64,000 nucleotides of DNA, taken from assembly GCA_050613775.1 (NCBI GenBank), contig JBODTK010000134.1, positions 248,001 to 312,000 of the forward strand. Reading direction: 5' to 3'. Shown here piece after piece: positions 14,026 to 26,535 of the stretch. The notes under the pieces are model-generated. The model ran no database searches. It was given only the letters and a program-made list of their open reading frames with translations, and was not told the DNA's origin. How positions within the stretch are numbered: position 1 is the first letter of the stretch; the number at the start of each line of letters is the position of its first letter. Origin of the DNA: Neocallimastix sp. 'constans'. Lineage: Eukaryota. The position numbers and the translations under genes are program-made.

Positions 14026-14730
14026 TAAAAACAATTTATAATGAAATTTAATCAATTATTACTTTATTCGAAATTGAATTGTTTTTATAAAATTAAAAAT
14101 AAAATAAAAAAAAGAAAATATTGATTCTTTTATATTTTTTTTTTTTAAATAAAAAAAAAAAGTATTAATAATTTTAAATATTTATTATAAAATTATCCAA
14201 AATTAAATAATACCAAATATTAATTAAAATAACATATATAATTATTTTTTTATATATTATTATAAACTTTAAGTCAAAAATATATAAACAAAGCAATTTT
14301 CCAAATTATTTATTTATAATATTTCATTATAATATTTCATTAAAATAACAATAAAATTATTTAATTATCTTTTATTTTATTTACAAAATTTAAATTAAAA
14401 AATTACTAATATTTATATTTACTCATATCAGTTGAATGATTTAAAATTATATTTATTATATTTACCAAACTGATTTAAATTATTTAAATAAATATTTATA
14501 AATATTTATATTTTATAATTAAAATAATAATTTATAATTAAAATAATAATTTATAATTATATAATATTTTAATAAAATTATTTGAAAATAATTATTTTTT
14601 ATATATAATTTTTTAAAAGTATCCATTTTAATTTAGCCTATATTAAAATTATAATTAATATTAAACTTTATTATAAATTATTTATATCAATATGTAAATA
14701 TATATACAATTTAAAATAAAGTTTCAATAA

Positions 14731-14850
14731 TCATAAACTTGACATACATATAAGGATAGTTAATAATAATTACCGTATACACATCGCCTATATGAATGAT
14801 AGGATGATATATGTGATATCTTATTTATAATAGGCATCATCTATTAATCA
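14731..14850 (-). promoter_or_regulatory. GC-richer distal upstream block ~0.75-1.3 kb 5' of most array genes
   Basis: Homologues at ~17788, 20641, 23433, 26321, 26681, 29611, 32528, 35706, 40671/40963 and 43790; absent before copies 10 and 13. Function unknown. Confidence 0.4.
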
Positions 14851-15537
14851 TTTTATTTTAAAGTAAAATTTCTAGTTAAAAAAAGATTATCATATAAATA
14901 TATATATCATTTTAAAAATAATAAAAAATTTAATTTATGAATTAATATATAAATAAAATATACTAAAATATATATATAAAAAATATTTAAATATAATATT
15001 ATTTTAAAAAAAAAAATATAGACTGCTCTTTTTTTTTTATTAAATAATATTAGATTTAAATACTTAGATAGATAGATATATATTTTTTTAAAATAAAAAC
15101 TTTTTTTCAAATAATAAAAATATTATTAACATTTGTAATATCTAATTTAAAAATAAATTTTTAAATAAGCAATAATAATAGTCTTTATTAATTAAAACTA
15201 AAAGTAAAAATTTAAAAAAAAAAATAATAATAATAATCAGTTTTTTTAATTCATCTTTTATTTTAAATTTGAATAATTTCAAATACTAATCAATATATAA
15301 ATAAATTAATGAATTAATAAATGCTAAAATTTTAATTATATATTTCATTTTTATTCAAATATTTTATTTTATTTATAATTTTTATTTATATTTTTTTTAT
15401 TTTATTTTATTTTAGTTTATATTTAATTTTACAATAATTATTATTTACAATTCTATAAGATAAAATTTTAATATTTAAATATATTAAAATAATTAAAGCT
15501 TTGATTTTTTAATTAAAACAAAAAAAAATTAACTCAT

Positions 15538-16911
15538 TTAATCCAAATCAAATTCGGAATCTTCGATGGTTTGTTGATCGGATGAATCAGAAACTACTGT
15601 AGCTTCTTCATCTTCACTTTCATTTTCATTTTCATTTTCATCTTCATTTTCTACAGTTTCACTATCTTCATTTGTTTCTTCATTATTATTTTCTTCTGAA
15701 TTTTTGATTTGTTCTTCATCATTAGATTTTTCATCTTCATTAATAGAAGTATTGGAAGAAGAATCTTTATTTTTATTGTCATGACTAGATTTAGTACTAT
15801 TTTGTTCTGATTTATTTGAATTTGGAATATCAACGTTATTAGTAGTATTAGTAGTATTGTTATTAATTGGTGAAATTTCTTTATTTTGATTATCTGGTAA
15901 AGGTTTAGATGATAAGCAATCGGATGAAGAACAGTCCTTTCCCTTTTCACAATCTTTATTTTCTTTATTATTTTCTTTATTATTTTCTTTATTATTTTCT
16001 TTATTATTTTCTTTATTATTTTCTTTATTATTTTCTTTATTATTTTCTTTATTTTTTGAGCAAGGACATGGAGATTTATGAATTGAATCATCATTTCCTG
16101 TATGACTTCCAATATGACCTCCAATATGACCTCCAATATGACCTCCAATATGGCCACTAATACCTATACCAGCACTAATACCAGCACCAGTCTTAATACC
16201 TTTACCAGTTTTAATACCTGCTCCAGCCTTAATACCTAAACCAGTTCTAATACTTGTTCCAGCTTTAATACCTGCTCCAGCCTTAATACCTTTACCAGTT
16301 CTAATACTTGTTCCAGCTTTAACACCTGCTCCAGCCTTAATACCTGTTCCTGATTTAATACCTGCTCCAGCCTTAATACCTTTACCAGTTTTAATACTTG
16401 TTCCAGTTTTAACACCTGCTCCAGCCTTAATACCTACTCCAGCTTTAATACCTAAACCTGTTTTTATACCTGAACCAGTTTTAATACCTACACCAATATC
16501 TGCTCCAGATTTAATATCCGTACCAGCTTTAATACCTGCTACAGCTTTAATATTAGCTCCTGCTTTAATATTAGTTCCTGATTTTATATTATCTTTTCCT
16601 TTAATTAATTTATCAATTCGATTATCAATAGCTTCAATAATATTAATTCCTCCATGTCCTACAATTTTACCATTAGCGTTAGCACCAATCTTAGTTTTGC
16701 TTTTAGTTTCAATTTTGACTCCGCCATTAACACCTAAATGTCCATTTAAATGACCATCTAAAGATCCATTAAGTTTTGAAGAATTTCCATGACCATTACT
16801 ATGGCCTAAAATATGACTCCCTCTCAAACCATCTAAACATGGAATTGGTGAAGCATTTGAGATACTTAATGATAAAGAAGCAATAATACATAAAATAAAA
16901 GTACAATGCAT
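15538..16911 (-). CDS. Secreted hexapeptide-repeat protein, copy 2 (457 aa; ENNK x7)
   Basis: Intact paralogous ORF with signal peptide. Confidence 0.92.
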   Translation of the reverse strand: MHCTFILCIIASLSLSISNASPIPCLDGLRGSHILGHSNGHGNSSKLNGSLDGHLNGHLGVNGGVKIETKSKTKIGANANGKIVGHGGINIIEAIDNRIDKLIKGKDNIKSGTNIKAGANIKAVAGIKAGTDIKSGADIGVGIKTGSGIKTGLGIKAGVGIKAGAGVKTGTSIKTGKGIKAGAGIKSGTGIKAGAGVKAGTSIRTGKGIKAGAGIKAGTSIRTGLGIKAGAGIKTGKGIKTGAGISAGIGISGHIGGHIGGHIGGHIGSHTGNDDSIHKSPCPCSKNKENNKENNKENNKENNKENNKENNKENNKENKDCEKGKDCSSSDCLSSKPLPDNQNKEISPINNNTTNTTNNVDIPNSNKSEQNSTKSSHDNKNKDSSSNTSINEDEKSNDEEQIKNSEENNNEETNEDSETVENEDENENENESEDEEATVVSDSSDQQTIEDSEFDLD

Positions 16912-18601
16912 TTTGGATTTTATTATAATTCTTTTATTTAGTAATAAAATATTAAATTAACTTTGATTATATTTTAAAAATATAAAACTATATAAAATTA
17001 AATTAAATAGTAATTAAAATTGTTTTATAAATTTTTTAAAAAAATATTTTATAAAGTTATTTTAAATAATTATTAAAAAGATAAACTATATAAATATACA
17101 AGGTAAGTTTATCTTTTTTAAAAACAATTTATAATGAAATTTAATCAATTATTACTTTATTCGAAATTGAATTGTTTTTATAAAATTAAAAATAAAATAA
17201 AAAAAAAAAAAAAAAGAAAATATTGATTCTTTTATATTTTTTTTTTAAATAAAAAAAAAGTATAAATAATTTTAAATATTTATTATAAAAATATCCAAAA
17301 TTAAATATTAATTAAAATTACATATATATTATACAATATATTATACATATATTTATTTTTACATATTATTACCATCAACTTTTAGTTAAAAATATGTAAA
17401 CGAAGTAGTTTTCCAAATTATTTATTTATAATATTTCATTAAAATGTTTATTATATTTACGAAATTTAAATTAAAAAATTAATAATTTTATTAATATTTA
17501 TATTTATTCATATCAGTTGAATGATTTAAAATTATATTAATTATATTTACCAAACTGATATAAATTAATTAAATAAATATTTATATTTTATAATTAAAAT
17601 AATAATTTATAATTATATAATATTTTAATAAAATTATTTGAAAATAATTATTTTTTATATATAATTTTTTAAAAGTATCCATTTTAATTTAGCCTATATT
17701 AAAATTATAATTAATATTAAACTTTATTATAAATTATTTATATCAATATGTAAATATATATACAATTTAAAATAAAGTTTCATTGGTCATAAACTTGACA
17801 TACATATAAGGATAGTTAATAACGAATACCATATTCACATCGCCTATATGAATGATAGGATGATATATGTGATATCTTATTTATAATAGGCATCATCTAT
17901 TAATCATTTTATTTTAAAGTAAAATTTCTAGTTAAAAAAAGATTATCATATAAATATATATATCATTTTAAAGATAATAAAATATTTAATTTATGAATTA
18001 ATACATAAATAAAATATATACTAAAAAATATATAAAAGAAATATTTAAAAATAATATTATTTTAAAAAAAAAAATATAGACTGCTCTTTTTTTTTTTTTA
18101 TTAAATAATATTAGATTTAAATACTTAGATAGATAGATATATATATTTTTTTAAAATAAAAACTTTTTTTCAAATAATAAAAATATTATTAACATTTGTA
18201 ATATCTAATTTAAAAATAAATTTTTAAATAAATAATAATAATAGTCTTTAATAATTAAAACTAAAAGTAAAAATTTTAAAAAAATAATAATAATAATAAT
18301 CAGTTTTTTTAATTCATCTTTTATTTTAAATTTGAATAATTTCAAATACTAATCAATATATAAATAAATTAATGAATTAATAAATGCTAAAATTTTAATT
18401 ATATATTTCATTTTTATTCAAATATTTTATTTTATTTATAATTTTTATTTATATTTTTTTTATTTTATTTTATTTTAGTTTATATTTAATTTTACAATAA
18501 TTATTATTTACAATTCTATAAGATAAAATTTTAATATTTAAATATATTAAAATAATTAAAGCTTTGATTTTTTAATTAAAACAAAAAAAAAATTAACTCA
18601 T

Positions 18602-19900
18602 TTAATCCAAATCAAATTCGGAATCTTCGATGGTTTGTTGATCTGATGAATCAGAAACTACTGTAGCTTCTTCATCTTCACTTTCATTTTCATTTTCATT
18701 TTTATCTACATTTTCTACAGTTTCACTATCTTCATTTGTTTCTTCATTATTACTTTCTTCTGAATTTTTGATTTGTTCTTCATCATTAGATTTTTCATCA
18801 TCATTAATAGAAGTATTGGAAGAAGAATTATCATTATTATTGTCATGTCTTGATTCAGTACTACTTTGTTCTGATTTATTTGATTTTGGAATATCAACTT
18901 TATTAATAGTATTAGTATTATTGTTATTATTTGGTGAAATTTCTTTATTTTGATTATCTGGTAAAGGTTTAGATGATAAGCAATCAAATGAAGAACAGTC
19001 ATTTCCCTTTTCACAATCTTTATTTTCTTTATTATTTTCTTTATTATTTTCTTTATTATTTGAGCAAGGACATGGAGATTTATGAATTGAATCATCATTT
19101 CCTATATGACTTATATGACCTCCAATATGACCTCCAATATGGCCACTAATACCTATACCAGCACTAATACCAGCACCAGTCTTAATACCTTTACCAGTTT
19201 TAATACCAGCTCCAGCTTTAATACCTAAACCAGTTCTAATACTTGTTCCAGCTTTAACACCTGCTCCAACCTTAATACCTGTTCCTGATTTAATACCTGC
19301 TCCAGCCTTAATATCTTTACCAGTTTTAATACTTGTTCCAGTTTTAACACCTGCTCCAATACCTGCTCCAATACCTGCTCCAATACCTGCTCCAGCCTTA
19401 ATACCTTTACCAGTTTTAATACTTGTTCCAGTTTTAACACCTGCTCCAGCCTTAATACCTACTTCAGCTTTAATACCTAAACCTGTTTTTATACCTGAAC
19501 CAGCTTTAATACCTACACCAATATCTGCTCCAGATTTAATATCCGTACTAGCTTTAATATTAGTTCCTGATTTTACACTACCTTTTCCTTTAATTAATTT
19601 ATCAATTCGATTATCAATAGCTTTAATAATGTTAATTCCTCCATGTCCTACAATTTTACCATTAGCATTAGCTCCAATCTTAGTTTTGCTTTTAGTTTCA
19701 ATACTGGCACCCCCATTAACTCCTGAATGACCATTTATATGACCATCTAAAGATCCATTTAGTTTTGAAGAATTTCTATAACCATTACTATGGCCTCCAA
19801 TAAGACCCCCTTTCAAACCATCTATACATGGAATTGGTGAAGCATTTGAGATACTTAAAGATAAAGAAGCAATAATACATAAAATAAAAGTACAACGCAT
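18602..19900 (-). CDS. Secreted hexapeptide-repeat protein, copy 3 (432 aa)
   Basis: Intact paralogous ORF. Confidence 0.92.
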   Translation of the reverse strand: MRCTFILCIIASLSLSISNASPIPCIDGLKGGLIGGHSNGYRNSSKLNGSLDGHINGHSGVNGGASIETKSKTKIGANANGKIVGHGGINIIKAIDNRIDKLIKGKGSVKSGTNIKASTDIKSGADIGVGIKAGSGIKTGLGIKAEVGIKAGAGVKTGTSIKTGKGIKAGAGIGAGIGAGIGAGVKTGTSIKTGKDIKAGAGIKSGTGIKVGAGVKAGTSIRTGLGIKAGAGIKTGKGIKTGAGISAGIGISGHIGGHIGGHISHIGNDDSIHKSPCPCSNNKENNKENNKENKDCEKGNDCSSFDCLSSKPLPDNQNKEISPNNNNNTNTINKVDIPKSNKSEQSSTESRHDNNNDNSSSNTSINDDEKSNDEEQIKNSEESNNEETNEDSETVENVDKNENENESEDEEATVVSDSSDQQTIEDSEFDLD

Positions 19901-21454
19901 TTTGGATTTTATTATAATTCTTTTATTGGGTAATAAAATATTAAATTTAAATTTGATTATATTTTATTTAATTTTGAATATATAAAATTATATAAAATTA
20001 AATTAAATAGTTTTAAAATTGTTTTATAAATTTTTTAAAAAAAAATCTTATAAAATTATTTTAATTAAGTATTAAAAAGATAAACTATATAAATATACAA
20101 GGTAAGTTTATCTTTTTTAAAAACAATTTATAATGAAATTTAATCAATTATTACTTTATTCGAAATTGAATTGTTTTTATAAAATTAAAAATAAAATAAA
20201 AAAAAGAAAATATTGATTCTTTTATATTTTTTTTTTTAAATAAAAAAAAAGTGTAAATAATTTTAAATATTTATTATAAAAATATCCAAAATTAAATAAT
20301 AGTAAATATTAATTAAAATTACATATATATTATACATATAATTATTTTTATATATATTACCATCAACTTTTAGTTAAAAATATGTAAACAAAGTAATTTT
20401 CCAAATTATTTATTTATAATTTTACATTAAAATAGCAATAAAATTATTTAATCATATTTTATTTTATTTACAAAATTTAAATTAAAAAATAACTATTTTT
20501 ATTAATATTTATATTTATTAATATATATAATTTTTTAAAAGTATCCATTTTAATTTAGGCTATATTAAAATTATAATTAATATTAAACTTTATTATAAAT
20601 TATTTATTTCAATATGTAATACAATTTAAAGTTTCAATAATCATTAACTTGACATACATATAAGGATAGTTAATAACGAATACCATATTCACATCGCTTA
20701 TATGAATTATAGAATAATATATGTGATATCTTATGTCTATAATAGACATCATCTATTAATCATTTTATTTTAAAGTAAAATTTCTAGTTAAAAAAAGATT
20801 ATCATATAAATATATATATATCATTTTAAAAATAATAAAAAATTTAATTTATGAATTAATATATAAATAAAATATACTAAAATATATATATAAAAAATAT
20901 TTAAATATAATATTATTTTAAAAAAAAAATATAGACTGCTCTTTTTTTTTTATTAAATAATATTAGATTTAAATACTTAGATAGATAGATATATATTTTT
21001 TTTAAAATAAAAACTTTTTTTCAAATAATAAAAATATTATTAACATTTGTAATATCTAATTTAAAAATAAATTTTTAAATAAGCAATAATAATAGTCTTT
21101 ATTAATTAAAACTAAAAGTAAAAATTTAAAAAAAAAAAAATAATAATAATAATCAGTTTTTTTAATTCATCTTTTATTTTAAATTTGAATAATTTCAAAT
21201 ACTAATCAATATATAAATAAATTAATGAATTAATAAATGCTAAAATTTTAATTATATATTTCATTTTTATTCAAATATTTTATTTTATTTATAATTTTTA
21301 TTTATATTTTTTTTACTTTATTTTATTTTAGTTTATATTTAATTTTACAATAATTATTATTTACAATTCTATTAGATAAAATTTTAATATTTAAATATAT
21401 TAAAATAATTAAAGCTTTGATTTTTTAATTAAAACAAAAAAAAAATTAACTCAT

Positions 21455-22618
21455 TTAATCCAAATCAAATTCGGAATCTTCGATGGTTTGTTGATCTGAT
21501 GAATCAGAAACTACTGTAGCTTCTTCATCTTCACTTTCATTTTCATTTTCATTTTTATCTACATTTTCTACAGATTCACTATCTTTATTTGTTTCTTCAT
21601 TATTACTTTCTTCTGAATTTTTGATTTGTTCTTCATCATTAGATTTTTCATCTTCATTAATAGAAGTATTGGAAGAAGAATCTTTATTTTTATTGTCATG
21701 ACTAGATTTAGTACTATTTTGTTCTGATTTATTTGAATTTGGAGTATCAACGTTATTAGTAGTATTAGTAGTATTGTTATTATTTGGTGAAATTTCTTTA
21801 TTTTGATTATCTGGTAAAGGTTTAGATGATAAGCAATCGGATGAAGAACAGTCCTTTCCCTTTTCACAATCTTTATTTTCTTTATTATTTTCTTTATTTT
21901 TTGAGCAAGGACATGGAGATTTATGAATTGAATCATCATTTCCTGTATGACCACCAACATGACCTCTAATATGGCCACTAATACCTATACCAGCACTAAT
22001 ACCAGCACCAGTCTTAATACCTTTACCAGTTTTAATACCTGCTCCAGCTTTAATACCTGCTCCAATACCTGCTCCAGCCTTAATACCTTTACCAGTTCTA
22101 ATACTTGTTCCAGCTTTAACACCTGCTCCAGCCTTAATACCTACTCCAGCTTTAATACCTAAACCTGTTTTTATACCTGAACCAGCTTTAATACCTACAT
22201 CAATATCTGCTCCAGATTTAATATCCGTACCAGCTTTAATACCTGCTACAGCTTTAATATTAGCTCCTGCTTTAATATTAGTTTCTGATTTTATACTACT
22301 TTTTCCTTTAATTAATTTATTAATTCGATTATCAATAGCTTCAATAATATTAATTCCTCCATGTCCTACAATTTTACCATTAGCATTAGCACCAATCTTA
22401 GTTTTGCTTTTAGTTTCAATTTTGACTCCGCCATTAACACCTAAATGTCCATTTAAATGACCATCTAAAGATCCATTTAATTTTGAAGAATTTCTATAAC
22501 CATTACTATGGCCTCCAATAAGACCCCCTCTCAAACCATCTAAACATGGAATTGGTGAAGCATTTGAGATACTTAATGATAAAGAAGCAATAATACATAA
22601 AATAAAAGTACAACGCAT
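21455..22618 (-). CDS. Secreted hexapeptide-repeat protein, copy 4 (387 aa)
   Basis: Intact paralogous ORF. Confidence 0.92.
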   Translation of the reverse strand: MRCTFILCIIASLSLSISNASPIPCLDGLRGGLIGGHSNGYRNSSKLNGSLDGHLNGHLGVNGGVKIETKSKTKIGANANGKIVGHGGINIIEAIDNRINKLIKGKSSIKSETNIKAGANIKAVAGIKAGTDIKSGADIDVGIKAGSGIKTGLGIKAGVGIKAGAGVKAGTSIRTGKGIKAGAGIGAGIKAGAGIKTGKGIKTGAGISAGIGISGHIRGHVGGHTGNDDSIHKSPCPCSKNKENNKENKDCEKGKDCSSSDCLSSKPLPDNQNKEISPNNNNTTNTTNNVDTPNSNKSEQNSTKSSHDNKNKDSSSNTSINEDEKSNDEEQIKNSEESNNEETNKDSESVENVDKNENENESEDEEATVVSDSSDQQTIEDSEFDLD

Positions 22619-24272
22619 TTTGGAATTTATTATAATTCTTTTATTTAGTAATAAAATATTATATTAATTTTGATTATATTTTATTTAATTTTAAAATTAT
22701 AAATTTATATAAAATTAAGTTAAATAGTTTTAAAATTGTTTTATAAATTTTTTAAAAAAATATCTTATAAAATTATTTTAATTAAGTATTAAAAAGATAA
22801 ACTGTATAAATATACAAGGTAAGTTTATCTTTTTTAAAAACAATTTATAATGAAATTTAATCAATTATTACTTTATTCGAAATTGAATTGTATTTATAAA
22901 ATTAAAAATAAAATAAAAAAAAGAAAATATTGATTCTTTTATATTTTTTTTTTTAAATAAAAAAAAAAAGTATTAATAATTTTAAATATTTATTATAAAA
23001 TATCCAAAATTAAATAATAACAAATATTAATTAAAATAACATATATAATTATTTATATATATATTATTATAAACTTTAAGTCAAAAATATGTAAACAAAG
23101 CAATTTTCCAAATTATTTATTTATAATATTTAATTAAAATGTTTATTTTATTTACGAAATTTAAATTAAAAAATTAATAATTTTATTATGATTTAAAATT
23201 ATATTAATTATATTTACCAAACTGATATAAATTAATTAAATAAATATTTATAAATATTTATATATTATAATTAAAATAATAATTTATAATTATATAATAT
23301 TTTAATAAAATTATTTGAAAATAATTATTTTTTATATATAATTTTTTAAAAGTATCCATTTTAATTTAGCCTATATTAAAATTATAATTAATATTAAACT
23401 TTATATATACAATTTAAAATAAAGTTTCAATAATCATAAACTTGACATACATATAAGGATAGTTAATAATAATTACTATATTCACATCGCCTATATGAAT
23501 GATAAGATGATATATGTGATATATTATGTCTATAGTAGACATCATCTATTAATCATTTTATTTTAAAGTAAAATTTAAAAATAAAAAAAGATTATCATAT
23601 AAATATATATATCATTTTAAAGATAATAAAATATTTAATTAATTAATATATAAATAAAATATACTAAAATATATATATAAGAAATATTTAAATTTAATAT
23701 TATTTTTAAAAAAAATATATGGACTGCCATTTTTATTTTATTAAATAATATTAAATTTAAATATTTAGATATATATATATATTTATATATATTTTTCAAT
23801 AAATTTTTTTTTTTTTTTAAAAAGTAATATTATTATTATCATTTGTTATAAAATTTTAAATAAACAATAATAATAATCTTTAATAATTAAAACTAGAAGT
23901 AAAAACTTAAAATTAATAATAATCAATTTTTTTTATTTTTTTTTTATTGTAAATTTGAAAAATTTTAAATATTAATCAATATATATAGTTAAACTAATGG
24001 ATTTAATAAAAAATACTAATTTTTAATTTTGTATTTCAATTTTATTCAAATTTTTTACTAAAATTTTAATTATGTATTTAAATTTAAATTTTTTAATTTT
24101 TATATGTTTTATATTTATGTTTTATATTTTATTTTATTTTATTTTGGTTTATGTTTAATTTTACAATAATGATTATTTACAATTCTATAAGATAAAATTT
24201 TAATATTTAAATATATTAAAATAATTAAAGCTTGTATTTTTTAAATAAAACGAAAAAAAAAAATTAAATCAT

Positions 24273-25499
24273 TTAATCCAAATCAAATTCGGAATCTTCG
24301 ATGGTTTGTTGATCTGATGAATCAGAAATTACTGTAGCTTCTTCATCTTCACTTTCATTTTCATTTTCATTTTTATCTACATTTTCTACAGTTTCACTAT
24401 CTTTATTTGTTTCTTCATTATTACTTTCTTCTGAATTTTTGATTTGTTCTTCATCATTAGATTTTTCATCTTCATTAATAGAAGTATTGGAAGAAGAATC
24501 TTTATTTTTATTGTCATGACTAGATTTAGTACTATTTTGTTCTGATTTATTTGAATTTGGAGTATCAACGTTATTAGTAGTATTGTTATTATTTGGTGAA
24601 ATTTTTTTATTTTGATTATCTGGTAAAGGTTTAGATGATAAGCAATCGGATGAAGAACAGTCTTTTCCCTTTTCACAATCTTTATTTTCTTTATTATTTT
24701 CTTTATTTTTTGAGCAAGGACATGGAGATTTATGAATTGAATCATCATTTCCTGTATGACCACCAATATGACCACCAATATGACCTCTAATATGGCCACT
24801 AATACCAGCACCAGTCTTAATACCTTTACCAGTTTTAATACCTGCTCCAGCCTTAATACCTAAACCAGTTCTAATACTTGTTCCAGCTTTAACACCTGCT
24901 TCAGCCTTAATACCTGTTCCTGATTTAATACCTGCTCCAGCCTTAATACCTTTACCAGTTTTAATACTTGTTCCAGTTTTAACACCTGCTTCAGCCTTAA
25001 TACCTGTTCCTGATTTAATACCTGCTCCAGCCTTAATACCTACTCCAGCTTTAATACCTAAACCTGTTTTTATACCTGAATCAGCTTTAATACCTACACC
25101 AATATCTGCTCCAGATTTAATATCCGTACCAGCTTTAATACCTGCTACAGCTTTAATATTAGTTCCTGATTTTATACTACCTTTTCCTTTAATTAATTTA
25201 TCAATTCGATTATCAATAGCTTTAATAATGTTAATTCCTCCATGTCCTACAATTTTACCATTAGCATTAGCACCAATCTTAGTTTTGCTTTTAGTTTCAA
25301 TTTTGACTCCGCCATTAACACCTAAATGTCCATTTAAATGACCATCTAAAGATCCATTTAGTTTTGAAGAATTTCTATAACCATTATTATGGCCTCCAAT
25401 AAGACCCCCTCTCAAACCATCTAAACATGGAATTGGTGAAGCATTTGAGATACTTAATGATAAAGAAGCAATAATACATAAAATAAAAGTACAACGCAT
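24273..25499 (-). CDS. Secreted hexapeptide-repeat protein, copy 5 (408 aa)
   Basis: Intact paralogous ORF; divergent from copy 6. Confidence 0.92.
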   Translation of the reverse strand: MRCTFILCIIASLSLSISNASPIPCLDGLRGGLIGGHNNGYRNSSKLNGSLDGHLNGHLGVNGGVKIETKSKTKIGANANGKIVGHGGINIIKAIDNRIDKLIKGKGSIKSGTNIKAVAGIKAGTDIKSGADIGVGIKADSGIKTGLGIKAGVGIKAGAGIKSGTGIKAEAGVKTGTSIKTGKGIKAGAGIKSGTGIKAEAGVKAGTSIRTGLGIKAGAGIKTGKGIKTGAGISGHIRGHIGGHIGGHTGNDDSIHKSPCPCSKNKENNKENKDCEKGKDCSSSDCLSSKPLPDNQNKKISPNNNNTTNNVDTPNSNKSEQNSTKSSHDNKNKDSSSNTSINEDEKSNDEEQIKNSEESNNEETNKDSETVENVDKNENENESEDEEATVISDSSDQQTIEDSEFDLD

Positions 25500-26480
25500 T
25501 TTGGAATTTATTATAATTCTTTTATTGGGTAATAAAATATTAAATTAATTTTGATTATATTTTATTTAATTTTAAAATTATAAATTTATATAAAATTAAA
25601 TTAAATGTTTTATAAATTTTTTTTAAAAAAATATTTTATAAAGTTATTTTAAATAATGATTAAAAAGATAAACAATATAAATATACAAGGTAAGTTTATC
25701 TTTTTAAAGAATAATTTATAATGAAATTTAATCAATTATTATTTAATTCGAAATTGAATCGTTTTTTTAAAATTAAAAATAAAAAATAAAAAAAGAAAAT
25801 ATTGATTCTTTTATATTTTTTTTAAATAAAAAAATAATATTAATAATTTTAAACATGTATAATAAAAACATTCAAAATTAAATAAATATTAATTAAAATA
25901 ACATATATATAATTATTTTCATATATATTATTATCAAAAATATGTAAATAAAGTAATTTTCCATATTATTTATTTATAACATTACTGTAAAATTATTTAA
26001 TCATCTTTTATTTGATTTACCTAATTTAAATTAAAAAAATTAATAATTTTATTAATATTTATATTTATTCATTATCAGTAGAATGATTTAAAAACTTTAT
26101 TTATTATATTTTCAAAAATGATATAAATTATATAAATAAATATTTATATTTTATAATTAAAATAATAATTTATAATTAATATAATATTTTAATAAAATTA
26201 TTTGAAAATAATTAAATTTTCGTATATAAAATATTCATTTAAATTTAGCCTATATTAAAATTATAATTAATATTAAACTTGTTATTTTTTCAATATGTAA
26301 ATATATATTACAATTAAAAAGGTATCCGCATCGCCTATACGATAGAGAGGATGATATATGTGATATCTTATATCTATAATAGGCATCATCTATTAATCAT
26401 TTTATTTTAAAGTAAAATTTCTAAGTATAAAAAGATTATAATATAATAAAAAATTTTTTAGTAACTAAATATTTAATTTT

Positions 26481-26535
26481 AATATTGTTTAATAAAATAA
26501 AAAGGGCAGTCCATATTTTTTTTTAAAATAATATT
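26481..26535. other. Short imperfect inverted repeat at the strand-switch point of the array
   Basis: aatattgtttaataaaa...gggcagtcc...tttttaaaataatatt. Sequence to the left matches - arm spacers; sequence to the right matches + arm spacers. Confidence 0.65.
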
